From Styela clava (lineage: Eukaryota), in assembly GCF_964204865.1 (NCBI RefSeq), contig NC_135263.1, positions 13,454,001-13,518,000 on the forward strand: 64,000 nucleotides of DNA. Direction: 5' to 3'. This document shows, piece after piece, positions 1 to 13,023 of this stretch. The notes under the pieces are model-generated. The model searched no databases. It was not told the origin of the DNA and saw only the letters and a list, made by a program, of their open reading frames with translations. Within the stretch, counting starts at the first letter, position 1; each line of letters opens with the position of its first letter. The position numbers and the translations under genes were made by a program.

Positions 1-168
1 GAATAAGGCGAAGAAACCTGTTTCAAGTTATCACCGAGCGATATTTAGGTTTATGAATTTCATTCATAGGCTTCATAAATGTCTTTGATAGTGAAGTAGC
101 ATGCGTTTCTTTGAAGAATGTTTCATATCATATAATAAAACTATGTTGTCTATATCCACGTACTGTAG

Positions 169-3100
169 ATATTCCTCCACCTCCGCCAAGTTGTCCCGGA
201 GACAAAGTTCACGCAGACTGTGCATCTTCGTGTCAAGACTCTTGTGAAGTTCAACATGATGGGTGTACACTTCAATGTGATCCACACAAACATTGCGTTT
301 GTCCTCCGGGAACTGTTGAAATAACTACTGGATCGGATAAGTGCGTTGAGCCGTTAAAATGTCCAGGTGGGAATTTTTGAAGATTTAGAAAGAAAACTAT
401 TTGTAGACTCATTCACATTGGAGATTTCAAAGAAATTCCGGATTCACCATTTTATAGGGTCCTCAAGTCCGGAAGGCCTCGACATTTAATTATAAAAAAA
501 TATTGATTATAAGTCGTTTTTTAATTATTAAAGCTTGTTCCAGAATAAAACCGGTTTGTATTATTTTAAAACTGATGTTTTTTGTCAGGTTAACAATTCT
601 TGTTCTACATATTTACTTTTGAATTATTAAATAAACTGAATACGATCGAATAAATACAATTGTCTAGAAAAGACCTACACCATTACCTTTGAAAACAAAA
701 TATGGCAATTTAAATTAATTGAATATTTTTTACCATAATATTGCCTTTATGAAAACGGCATAGGAATAAAAAAAAGTTTGAAAATATCGATATATAACAA
801 TACCAGTTTATCTAAGCAACAACGAGTCTAAGAATTATTATATTTTATACTATTTCAAATTTTTTTTTATCGTAGACTGTTTTTTTAAATTAAATTATAA
901 TTTAGCTTACCAGTAACGTTAAATATATCAGTAACGGGACCATATCTTCCCAGCTCTCGTGACTAACAACCGGTATTATGGCATCAGGTTTTCTGGTACC
1001 GTGGCGTTTTATAACAGCCACTGTTACTTAAAGTTTTTTATATTCAACTTACTATCCGATTTACGTGGGGGATTAACGTACGTATTTTTCCTGTAATTAA
1101 AATTCCTTATCTCACCCAATTCAAAAACTTATATATGTCATAATGGATTTTTATGCCGTTATTGCTAAAGAGGGGTCTCACAACTGGCATAGCCTAGGGC
1201 CTCTCTTCGTACAAAACCGGCCGTGGTTGCAATGTAACTTGATTTTGTACTTTCCGCCTTGAGAAATTCACCATGGAAGACTGAGTTTTTGAATTCTTTC
1301 TCAAATGGGACTAATCTAACTATTTGATTAGCATATAGATGTGTTATCAAAAACCAAATAAAAAGGGCCAAAGACAAAACTTTGGGCTGTTTAACCTTTT
1401 ATACCAGTAACTCTTTTTGTATTAATGGTGTTTGAAAGTTTATGTAATGTTAAATAATAGTTGTATTTTGCAATAACCATTTTTTTTATAGAACAACCGA
1501 CATGCTCGAACCTTATTCCTGAAAGAAGAACGGACTGCGGAGGTGGATTAGGAAAAGAAAAATGTGAAGCAAAAGGATGTTGTTGGGACAGCAGTATTAC
1601 TGGGGTCAATTGGTGTTTCTATAAAGGTAAAGTCACATCAATTTTCAAAATATACTACACGATGAAGTCTGATAAAATTTGTGAATTTTTATTATTTTAC
1701 CAATATCTAATTAATAATTACTTGTTTCAGTATGATTGGATAGTTTTATATCTCTATCTTGTTTTGGTAAATGTTATTTTGTCAGAGCAACTCTAAAGCA
1801 TTTTCAAGACCAAAGAGTTCGAAAGTTATAAATCATGAACGCAGGCCCCAAATATTTACACACTCATCTAAACTAAAATTTCACAGATATGTGCATTTAT
1901 ACTGATCCACAAAACAGAGTTGATTGCGGAGGAGGATTAGGAAAAGCCAATTGTGAAGCAAAAGGATGTTGTTGGGATAACAGTATCCTTGGTGTCATAT
2001 GGTGCTTTCATGAAACAGGTATTAGAAGTTTTTGTATCATAATCATCTGTTCCCACTCACTTCGCATAAACCAGTACTATGAAGTTTATTTAATAACTTT
2101 TGTGTGATTTCGTTTTGTTCAATAAAACTGTGTAAGCGCATTAGTTGCGGTCGTAGGTTTGTGAGTGTGTGCGGTAGATGAGAGAATAAGGCAAAGAAAC
2201 CTGTTTCAAGTTATCACCGAGCGATATTTAAGTTTATGAATATCATTCATTGGCTACATAAATGTTTTTGATAGTGAAGTAGCATGCGTTTCTGTGAAGA
2301 ATGTTTAATATATATCATATAATGAAACTATGTTGTCTATATTCACGAACTGCAGATATTCCTCCACCTCCGCCGAAATGTACTGGAGACAAAGTTCACA
2401 CAGACTGTGCATCTTCGTGTCAAGACTCTTGTGAAGTTCAACATGATGGGTGTACACTTCAATGTGATTCACACAAACATTGTGTTTGTCCTCCGGGAAC
2501 TGTTGAATTAACTTCTGGATCGGATAAGTGCGTAGTACTGTCAAAATGCCCAGGTGAGAATGTTTGCTTATGTATGTCATTACTATTCTCTTACGCAGAT
2601 GTTTCACTGAAATGAAGACAAGTCATGTCCAATAGACACTGAACCGTATGTAGCTATGATGATAGAAGAGAAAAAAATAACAAAACAACTCTTAGTTTTT
2701 TATCATATATAATCCATGTGCACATGTGATAAGACATTTTCTGCAGTGTTTGTGAATTCCGTCACAAGAATAACTTAACGGTACAAACTAGGCATAAGCG
2801 TTTAAATATTGTATTATCATTTTACATAATTGTCAGTTTATAGTGTCTGTTGATATCTTATTTTCCAAGATATTCGGGGATATTAAGATACGACACTTAG
2901 AACCGGTGGGTAATAATCATTAATGAAAAATAAAATGGTAATAATTATTCTTCGCTGCTTCCAAAAGCCATGTACTGACAAACCCGAAAATTAGGGAGAG
3001 AGAATTTATTTTTTGCCGAACCGGAAAACACAATGATGATACAAATAACAAGAGAGCTACGCCCAAATATATGGACACGTCTGTTCGCAGTACAGTACGG

Positions 3101-6100
3101 TTTACCGTACCGTCAGATCACAGTCTACAAATATATTCACACCAAGCGAAGCAGTACAGTAGGACACAAAATGGCGTCCGATGACCGCAGAACGTTTAAT
3201 GACGTCATAGCAAACAAAAACAAATCTCACAGAGCTAACAGAAATATTTAAAATGAATAAAAGTAATAGCCTTCTGGGGAAAAATTTTATCTTCAACCAC
3301 TGAAAATTTCAAAGCAATTGGTCCAGTATTCGAAGAGAAAAGCGGTTTTTTATTATTTCCACTAGGTGTGTTATTCTGTGTCAAACAACAAGAACAAGAA
3401 CAACATAATATTGAAACGATCGTTATGTCCACTACGTGTCCAACAAGAGAGCAATGCTCAAATATATGGACACGTTAATCAGAGAGAAGCTGTCCTTACC
3501 TTCGACGCTACCGGTACCTAAGGCGCTATTCGCCATTCCCGTTATCCTGGCAAAGCAGAAACTTCGTTACACACCACCGACGTTTGATAATGACGAGCAC
3601 GTGATCAGAAGAAGAAGAGTGCCAGCATAAAAGCGACTTTTTACGGTTTTCACTAGGTGTCCAAAAAAAGTAAAACGATCCATAGGTCCACTCCGTGTCT
3701 AATAATACAAAATAAGAGTAATAGCCTTCTGGTAAAAAAATCAATCTTTAACCACAGAAAATTTCAAAGCAATTGGTTCAGTAATCAAAGAGAAAAGCGA
3801 CTTTTTTATAACGTGTTAAAGAACAAGAACAACAAGATTAACAAGAACAACAACAACATAATATTGAAACGATCTATAGGTCCACTAACGTGTCCAATAA
3901 TAATAAAATAACACATAATACAGTTTGCGGTAGATGACTGGGTGGTAACGATACGACCATAAGCGGTCATCCGGGTCATTTACCACCCAATGCAAATACA
4001 TGAATAAATAAATAAATTGATACTGGTTGTGTTTCATTAAACTCTCAGTATATTAAAAAAGCTCATAATAAAAATTGATTTTTTCGTGTAATGAGGTGTG
4101 ATATTTATGTTAGAGTGAAAACTAAATAGCAAAATACCTTATAGGAATACAGAATTCGATTTTATACTAAACCTAACGGTGAGAATTCAGCACAAAAATC
4201 ATATTTAACTCAAATGGTGAAATCCACAGGGGTATATTCAAGGGTGAAATTCACGGGTTATAATCAATGGTGAAATTCACAGGGTTATAATCAATGGTGA
4301 AATTCACAGGGGTAAACAAGGGTGAAATTCACGGGTTATATTCAATGGTGAAATTCACAGGGTTATAATCAATGGTGAAATTCACATTGTTATAATCAAT
4401 GATGAAATTCACAGGGTTATATTCAATGGTGAAATTCACAGAGTTATAATCAATGGTGAAATTCCCATTGTTATAATCTTCCTTTGTAGCCACATGTCAT
4501 GAAAGGACAAAAAAGTTTAAATAAATAACGGATTGGTAACAAACGATTATAAAATAAATAAATAAATGATCAAACACTTAGTTTTATCAGATAATTCAGA
4601 GTATTGAAACTTTTTATCCGAAAAAAAGAAAAAAAGATCTCTTTTGCGAGGCCTCGCTCGCGTGCCGAATAAATGAGCTCGCGAGCCAAATGGCCCACCC
4701 CTTACCTAGAGCCTCTCTTCGTACAAATCCGGCCCTATTTGCAATGTAACTTGATTTTGTTCTTTGCGCATTGAGAAATTTAACAAGAAGGACTAACTTT
4801 TAGAATTCTTTATCGAATGGAATTAATCTAACTATTCGTTTAGCATATAGTTGTGTTATCAATATCCAAGTAAAAAGGGCCAAAGACAACTGTTTAACCT
4901 TTCATGACAAAAACTCATTTTTGTATTTTGTGGTGTTTGAAAGTTTATGTAATGTTAAATAATTGTTGTATTTCGCAATAACCATTTTTTTTATTACAGA
5001 ACAACCGACTTGCTCAAACCTTATTCCTGAAAGAAGAACGGACTGTGGTGGTGGATTAGGAAAAGAAAAATGTGAAGCAAAAGGATGTTGTTGGGACAGC
5101 AGTATTACCGGAGTCAATTGGTGTTTCTATAAAGGTAAAGTCACAATAATTCTCAAAATATACTTCATGATGAAGTATGATAAAATTTGTGAATTTTTAT
5201 TATTTTACCAATATCTAATTAATAGTTACTTGTTTCAGTATGATTGGATAGTTTTATATCTCTATCTTGTTTTGGTAAACGGTATTTTGTCAGAGCAACT
5301 CTAAAGCATTTTCAAGATCAAAGAGTCCGAAAGTTATAAATTATAAACGCAAGGCCCAAATATTTACACACTCATCTAAACTAATATTTCACAGATATGT
5401 GCATTTATACTGATCCACTGAACAGAGTTGATTGCGGAGGAGGATTAGGAAAAGCCAATTGTGAAGCAAAAGGATGTTGTTGGGATAACAGTATCCTTGG
5501 TGTCATATGGTGCTTTCATGAAACAGGTATTAGAAGTTTTTGTATCATAATCATCTGTTCCTACTCACTTCGCATAAACCAGTACCATGAATTTTATTTA
5601 ATAACTTTTGTGTAAATTCGTTTTGTTCAATAAAACTGTGTAAGCGCATTAGTTGTGGTCATAGGTTTGTGAGTGTGTGCGGTGATTAAGATAATAAGGC
5701 AAAGAAACCTTTATGAAGGTTTATGAATTTCATTCATTGGCTACATAAATGTCTTAGTAGCATGCATTTCTTTGAAGAATGTTACATATCATATAATAAA
5801 ACCATGTTTCCTATATTCCCGTATACTGTAGATATTCCTCCACCTCCGCCGAAATGTCCCGGAGACAAAGTTCACACAGACTGTGCATCTTCGTGTCAAG
5901 ACTCTTGTGAAGTTCAACATGATGGGTGTACACTTCAATGTGATCCACACAAACATTGTGTTTGTCCTTCGGGAACTGTTGAAATATCTACTGGATCGGA
6001 TAAGTGCGTAGTTCTGTCAAACTGCCCAGGTGGGAATGTTTGCTTATGTATGTCATTAGAATTTTCTTAAAGCAGACGTCTCACTGGAGTGAAGAAAATT

Positions 6101-9100
6101 CAAGTCAGAGAAAAATCATGTCCAAAAGACACTGACACCGTATGTAGTTATGATGATAGAAGGGAACAAAATATCAAAACTACTCTTAGTTTTTTTATTA
6201 TATATAATCCATGTGCACATGGGATAAAACGTTTTCTGCAGTGCTTGTAAATTCCGTCACAAGGATAACTTAAAGGTACAAACTAGGCATAAGCATATAT
6301 ATATTGTATTATCATTTTACATAATTGTAAGTTTATAGTATATGTTGATATCTTATTTCCCAAGATATTCAGGGATATATATTAAGATATGACCCTTAGA
6401 ATCAGTGGGTAATAATCATTAATAAAAATTAAAATGGTGATAGTTATCCTTCGCTGCTTCCAAACGGTGCTGTATTGACAAACCCGAGAATTAGGGAGAA
6501 AGGGAGAGAGAATTAATTTTTCGCCAAAACAGAAAACATGATAATGATACAAATAATAATAATAAAACAACACATATATAATACAGTAGATGACTGGGTG
6601 ATGAATGAATGATACGACCATAAGCCGTCATCCGAGTCCGTTAGCACCCAATGCGAATACATGAATAAATAAATTGAGACGAGTTCTGTTTTATTAAACT
6701 CTCAGTATATAAAAAACAATATTACAATCAAAATGGATATTCTCGGGGAATAAGGTGGGATATTTATGTTAGGTTAAAAACTAAAAGGCAAAATAATTCC
6801 TAGGCATGCAGAATTCGATTTTGTTCTAAACCTAACGGTGAGAATTCAACACAAAAATTGTTCATTTGGGATAGATTCAATTTATAATCAATGGTGAAAT
6901 CCACAGGGTTGTCACGCGTTTGTTCAAATTCGTCCTTGTTTTATTAGAGCTATGAGTTGGGTATGGTTTTCTGAAATAACAGAACTTGTTGTTAGTGATT
7001 TCGGTAAAGAAGAGTACCTATTCTTAAAATTTTGAATCCCTCCACTGGTTATAATGAATATGTCACTACAATATGTAGTAAAATGTGTTGATAATCATCG
7101 ATGCACGTAATGGTATTATATTATTTGTTTATGAGGACAAGTACAAAAACACAATTACGTCACATGGTAAGCAACCTAGTACTCATAATTTGAAAATTCT
7201 CGCTGAAAAATTGCTGGCATCGGCAATATTTTGTTTATTGGCTATTGCATAGTTTGTGTGAATACGTATGGTAATGATTGTATTTGTTAACGAGAGAGCG
7301 ATGCTCAAATATAGACACAAAATTGTACGGGTATGCAATCTGTCACAGTAGCCTGACAGTACCGTATCGCAGATGAGCAGCAGATTTTAACTTGAAAGCG
7401 GACCCGCGACGAGGAGCGCACGCCATCACACACAAAATCATATCCCAGAAATGAACGACCGAGGCCACAGAAATCTTTAAAATATATAATATATAGGTAG
7501 ATACAATAGCCACTGAAGATTTCGAAGCAATGGGTTCAATAGTTAATGAGAAAAGCAAGAAGAAGAAGAAAGGAAACACTAACAAGACGACCACAAACAA
7601 CAACATAACAAAACTATTCATAGGTTCACTCCGTGTCCAATAAATATAAATTTTTACTCATAACAGACCAACCAACCTGCTCAAACCTCCTTCCCGAAAG
7701 ACGAAGAGACTGTGGACGTAGATTGGGAAAAGGAAAATGTGAAGCAAAGGGATGTTGTTGGGACAGGAGCATTTCTGGAGTGAAATGGTGTTTTTACAAA
7801 GGTAAAGTTTCATTTTTGAATAAATTCACGATTTTAAATGAAGAGGCAAGGATTAAATATATATATACGTTTTATTTTACATGCATTTAGTAAATATTCT
7901 AATACTTCTTCCGTTATTATTTCCAGAGATATGCAAGATGTATGAACAGCATTACGTTCAATATAATTGACTTCCAGATGTTGCTAGATTGAGAAATTTA
8001 TCATTCAAATATAGTAAATTTGATGAAGGACTTTTATTATAAATGTACTGAAAGCTCATGGTTGTCAAAAATAGAACATCCTAGATGTTATATAATATCA
8101 ACTCAGTACGTCTATATTATTATTAATACACTCACATGCCTGCATACAATTTCATAGACATGTGCATTTATACTAATCCAAAGAACAGAGTTGATTGCGG
8201 AGGAGGATTAGGAAGAGCCGAATGTGAAGCAAAAGGATGTTGTTGGGATAACAGTTTCACTGGTGTTAATTGGTGCTTTCACAAATCAGGTATAAAACTT
8301 CCGAAACTTGTTTTTCTATGTTTACCTGTATCTGCCGTCAATAACCTATTAAAAATAAAAAATTGAATCTGGTTCGTTTAATATATTGACTTCTGTCTGT
8401 TCTGATGAACAATCTTATGGTTACTGAAATAGGATGATTCAAAATAGGAGTCTTGAAGCGAGCAGCTTGTCAAAACTATGGTGTCTAAAATATTTAACAT
8501 AATGTGATTTGCAGTTCAATATATTAATTAAACATATTAGTCTATATCGTTATGCTTTTCTCACCCGTTTCAGATGTCCCCTCACCTCCGCTAAAATGTC
8601 CTGGAGACAAAGTTTATACAAAATGTGCATCTTCGTGTCAAGACTCTTGTCTAGTTCAGCATTCTCTTTGTACGCTTGAATGTAATCCATTCAAAAATTG
8701 TGTTTGTCCTAAAGGAACAGTGGAAAGGAAGCCAGGATCGAAAGAATGTATCAAACTGTCGGATTGTCCTGGTGAAACTTAAACACTTTTATTATATTAT
8801 GAAATAACTTTCTTTTTCTTTAAACTTTTTTGTATCTATTGGTCTTTCATTATTTCATTAATTAAATGTTGCTTGAACAATCAGTGTGGATTTTAAATTT
8901 GGTCAGTGTAGAATCAAAATTACGAATTTATGTTATAGAATTCTCATAACAATTTAAATCCCGCAGACATGGGGAGTCAAACTTCGGGATTACTAGTTTA
9001 GCTTCATTACAAAAATGTTTGATGAAGTAAATTGATTTTTACAGGCGTGTGCAATTACAAGGAACCAAGCGCTAGAATTGACTGCGGAGCATCGAGCAAC

Positions 9101-9631
9101 AGAAAATGCAAAGCGAAGGGTTGTTGCTGGGATAACAATATTTACAATCTCAAGCGGTGTTTTCATAAAACAAGTAATGGACCGTTAAACATTGACAATC
9201 ACAAAAATTTTCTTATATACGTGCATTCTTTCGTTGCTGTAAATAAATCTTAGCATCCATCAAAATTCTTGCAAATATGTTCTAATACTCAGACACGTCA
9301 TTAGAATTGCTCAATCGACCAATATTTATTGGCATTACATCTGCTTCAATTTTCAATCGATCAATTTCTAATAGCGGTCCCCAGAAATTGATGAGTTTAT
9401 GCATATCTACCTTCAGTCATGTCAGTAATGACTAGTTAATTAAGCCTCTTTTCTTACCTAGATTAATTGTTTTTGAATTTTTCAGCCGTTCCCAAGCGCT
9501 GCCCACCTGTTGATCCTGCAGAGCCCGTTTGCGTCGAAGGCTGCCGCAAAAGTACTGATTGTAAAAATGGCCAATCCTGCTGCAGCACTGGATGTGGTCA
9601 TAAATGCATGAATAATTATATTGGTGGATAA
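169..9631 (+). CDS. Multi-exon Cys-rich modular protein, 5'-truncated by the window: TIL-(trefoil-trefoil-TIL)x3-trefoil-WAP
   Basis: Twelve ag/gt-bounded exons joined by phase-1 introns. TIL exons: 169-366, 2356-2553, 5832-6029, 8574-8771 (198 nt, 10 Cys, e.g. CPGDKVHTDCASSCQDSC...CTLQC...CVC...C...CP). Trefoil-A exons: 1492-1626, 5000-5134, 7667-7801 (135 nt). Trefoil-B exons: 1887-2018, 5395-5526, 8158-8289 (132 nt; R-x-DCG...C-x4-CCWD...WCF). Trefoil-C exon: 9045-9173. Terminal WAP exon: 9486-9631 with TAA. AATAAA at 9784-9789. Confidence 0.9.
3048..3897. mobile_element. Two head-to-tail Helentron-type non-autonomous elements (HINE/DINE-1-like)
   Basis: Copies at about 3048-3442 and 3443-3897. 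Each starts ACAAGAGAGC, with a perfect GAGC-aat-GCTC hairpin in the second copy. Each has the subterminal inverted repeat TGGACACG...CGTGTCCA and a (CAA/GAA)n tract. No TSD, A-rich target. Both are absent from the paralogous intron at about 6551. Confidence 0.7.
4212..4478. repeat. Minisatellite, 26-27 bp unit (CAATGGTGAAATTCACAGGGTTATAAT), about 10 copies
   Basis: Direct tandem repeats read from the sequence. Only about one unit is present at the paralogous site near 6885-6910. Confidence 0.9.
7289..7640. mobile_element. Helentron-type non-autonomous element, same family
   Basis: Starts aacgagagagcgatgctcaaatatagacac, has the shared core and a GAA/CAA tract, and ends ataggttcactccgtgtccaa just upstream of the exon at 7667. 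Confidence 0.65.
9486..9631 (+). CDS. Terminal exon encoding a WAP (four-disulfide core) domain, not shown in the ORF track
   Basis: After the ttttcag acceptor (phase 1) it reads VPKRCPPVDPAEPVCVEGCRKSTDCKNGQSCCSTGCGHKCMNNYIGG*. Eight Cys in the WAP pattern C..C..C-x5-C-x5-CC-x3-C-x3-C. Confidence 0.85.
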
Positions 9632-12600
9632 GATGTTCGCAAAAAATATGATATTGGATTTTCAAGCATAGAAGTTAGTTATAATATACGTTGAATTGAA
9701 ACTGTATAAATGTTATAATATAAGGTCCCGTAATTTCGCTAATACATGGTTTAAAATGTTGTAACATCTTCTTGGTGCTCCATAATAAAAATGGTGATAA
9801 TTGGTGTCAAATTCTTGTTTGATTTTATTGAGATTTTGTAGGCAAGTCGCCAGAAAGTTTATAACAGCCTGTAGAGTAGACGTGAAGACAAAGTAGACCC
9901 AAGCTGCGCAAAATCGCTTTACATTTGGTTCAAAGTCATTAGTTTAAATATTTCCAAAGTTCAATTTTACGAACTACTGCGGAGCAATAGAAAAAAATAT
10001 GAAAACTAACAATACGCGCAGTTCGTCCAGAATTAGCTCACCGAAGACAAACTTGACATTCGTGTGCCGTAATAGCGCAATTATTTTCAAACCAGTGAAA
10101 TATAAAAAAAATTAAATATCGCTTTATAAAACACTTCTATATACAACTACTAAGAATATAAAATTAAGTAGTTCAGTAATAATATGCACGTTTATCCTCA
10201 GCATCGACGACAACAGAATCGACAATAAATTAGCATTCGACACGAAGTCCCTACCATCATACCTCTAACATTTGATGAGACTCATTTATCTGTCAGTCAA
10301 TATTATGTCACAGACCTTGCAACCATCGCGAAACTGTTAAAAATCACACAGATTACCAGTGATGCACAGTCACTTTATATCAATATTATTTACATGTGCA
10401 GCTTGGGTTCCGATCGCCATGAAATTCACTGTAGTAAAAACATTAAGTTTCGTGGCACATTACAGTATTTCTGTAGATGGTCTCACAATACAATTTTGTT
10501 ATTTTTGAGGCATAGATGAATCGCGTATAGAAGGCATTCACTATTGTGGTTTATACTTGCTTGAATAAAAATCATTTAGCTATATTTTTACTGTGAAATT
10601 ATAGTATACTTGATGGATTTTAAAGCAGTGTAGCTTCCGTAGACTTGCATGGTTTCTCGTAAATTATTAACTCCAGAATCATAGCAGTTTAGCAGGACGA
10701 GATGTCGCGGTATTCAGTATTTAAAACAGCTAGGTCGTGCAGAATTTTGATCAGATTGTAAGATACTGAAGAAGAGTACAGGCCCAGTGACCAAGCATGT
10801 CACTTGGCCAATGCCAATGTATAGTTAAAAAGCTATTAAAAGAGCTGAAGGCTGTAGTGAAAAGTCATGGTACCAGAAAACGTGGCGTCATACATACCTT
10901 TCGAGTCGCGAGAGGGGGAGGGGCATGACCCAATCACTGAAAAATTTTAAAACTATCATTCCAACCCTCAAAAATAAACAGATATATATTCGATAAGAAA
11001 GATGCCTGAATGTTAATTAAAAATATATATATATAACCAAGCAATAAAATCTTCCACTGGTGTTGCATACCGTCAGTTCCCTCGCTATATAGCATACTGT
11101 ATTGTGTGTTATTGTATGAAAATATTGGTACCCTGTCATAGTTTCACGTGTTCGACGAATAATTAAAACAGTATGTATGAATTAATTTTGTGTTGCTTGT
11201 GCATTATAGTCACAGGAAATGAAAATATAGACAACCGATCCGGCCATCCACGATGCATAGACACCCAATCTAATTTTCGGTACAAGGGGGAAGTCGAGCA
11301 GGTATACACATCTTTGTAGTAATAATACTAGAAAGTCAAAACAATTTCCTATTCGTTACAAAAAAAGCATAACAATTTTTTTACACGACTCACCTTTATC
11401 AGGACTAGGCTGTTTGACGCTAATGGTTTATCATTTAAAAAATTGTATTAGAGTTTTTTTAGGTGGATCAATACTATTTTATCGGCAGTGATTGCCAAAA
11501 AGTTTGTCATATCATCAATTACAATTGATATTCACTTTTCGAGACACGGGATTCGAATTAATTTGCGGGTTGACCGCGTCTTCAACCATTGTGATTTTCT
11601 TTTCTAGCGAAGGGCAGAGAAGGTGTATTATTTAGTTGCCAAAAGTGGCAATCTCGTTGTAGTTGAGTTGCGTTTCACTAGGTTCAATATTAATATTACT
11701 TGCTGTTTATATGTCAGAATTTTTCACATGAAGTACGCATTTGAATTAAAACTATGGAATTATAGTAGGGTCTGTAGACACATCACAAATAATTATGCAC
11801 AAAGACGTGATTCTATTCTGAATTATCAAATGGCCTTGAATTTGTTCAACTCATGACATGCCCCATACTTGATTAAAGGATTTAATGTTCGGTAATTTAT
11901 TACAGAGTTAAGGATAAACATCAGTAATATTGTTAAATCAATACAAAACTCCTTCAAAGTAAACTTTTAAATTTCAAGGGCCGACGTCCAGCGCCGTTGA
12001 AACAACAGTAAGTAGCAGGTGTTTCTTAGGGTCTACTGAGTTAGCTAAGAATAGATAGATAGATAGTTTATTTCGAAAACTCCATAACAAACCTAAATTT
12101 AAAATGGAGAATTCTGGAGGGCAAGCAAAACCTACAAAAAAGTTTAAAACATGAAGTATCTCATGTGCCTGCCCACCAGCACGCACACAAAAACACAAGC
12201 CCAATTAAATGAGGCTTGGGCCAAACTTAAAAAACAAAATACACGATAGTAATAAACTTTCGGGCTGTTGTAGAAAGTGATACTTGTTATTGTAATTTTA
12301 GTTTTTGGCACATTTGACGGTCTTTCCTACAAATGTTTACCTCGATCAGTCATGGTTCAGTTTTTGCGAACTTTACAAGGTTTATCATTGGTTTGTACAA
12401 ATATTAGATTTAAGAGTTTGTAAAGGGAACTTTCTCATATCTAGGCTACGCGTGCTTACTCAGAACTCAACTCAAACAGACTCATATCATGGAAAACTTA
12501 CTCAAACTAAGAATAATTATGGTAGTGAATTACAAGCTAGCAAAAACTGGTTGATACGAAAATGGAAGAAGCTCAATTTCAGTTAGACTTAGAGTAATTG

Positions 12601-13023
12601 AATAATGTTATCAACTTCTTTACTTAGCCTCAGCTTAGAATCTTACCACGAAATTTAGGTTTTGATTATTCCAATCGCACATGGAACGAGTATATAGATA
12701 CGGTAATAACCATTGACTTGAATTGGATGGTCTATACTATAGCTCAATTGTTCTCAAATTTTATGTGCCTGCGGACCGCTCATGCTTCTATGAAGTAAAC
12801 TCAGACCCCCACAATTTTTAAACCGAAAACACAATAGAATAACATAGTATAGAGCTATTCGGACAACTTTTAAATTAGCTAACACTCTTCTCGTACGCAA
12901 ATAGCGTACTGATTTATCTCATGTGATCTTGCACAACAACTTTGTTGCTTGCTTTTGTGATTGTTTTTGATTTGAACACATGGCCATATAAGTAAGTGGA
13001 GACGAAGGGGATTATGATTTTGA

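Larger units (their letters stand above)
1190..6910 (+). repeat. Tandem intragenic segmental duplication of the trefoil-trefoil-TIL unit, including introns
   Basis: About 1190-2560 matches about 4705-6040. 2555-3047 matches 6031-6555. 3900-4230 matches 6560-6910. 1-366 matches 2185-2553. Near-identical intron text is visible by eye. Confidence 0.85.

Noticed and set aside
4212-4478. CRISPR-like regularly spaced repeats
   Set aside because: Units are directly adjacent with no unique spacers, the context is a eukaryotic intron, and no cas genes are present. It is a minisatellite.
111-9253. ORF-track entries read as many separate small trefoil or TIL genes
   Set aside because: Their starts and tails are intronic read-through. 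Cys domains are bounded exactly by ag/gt in a consistent phase, which indicates exons of one gene.
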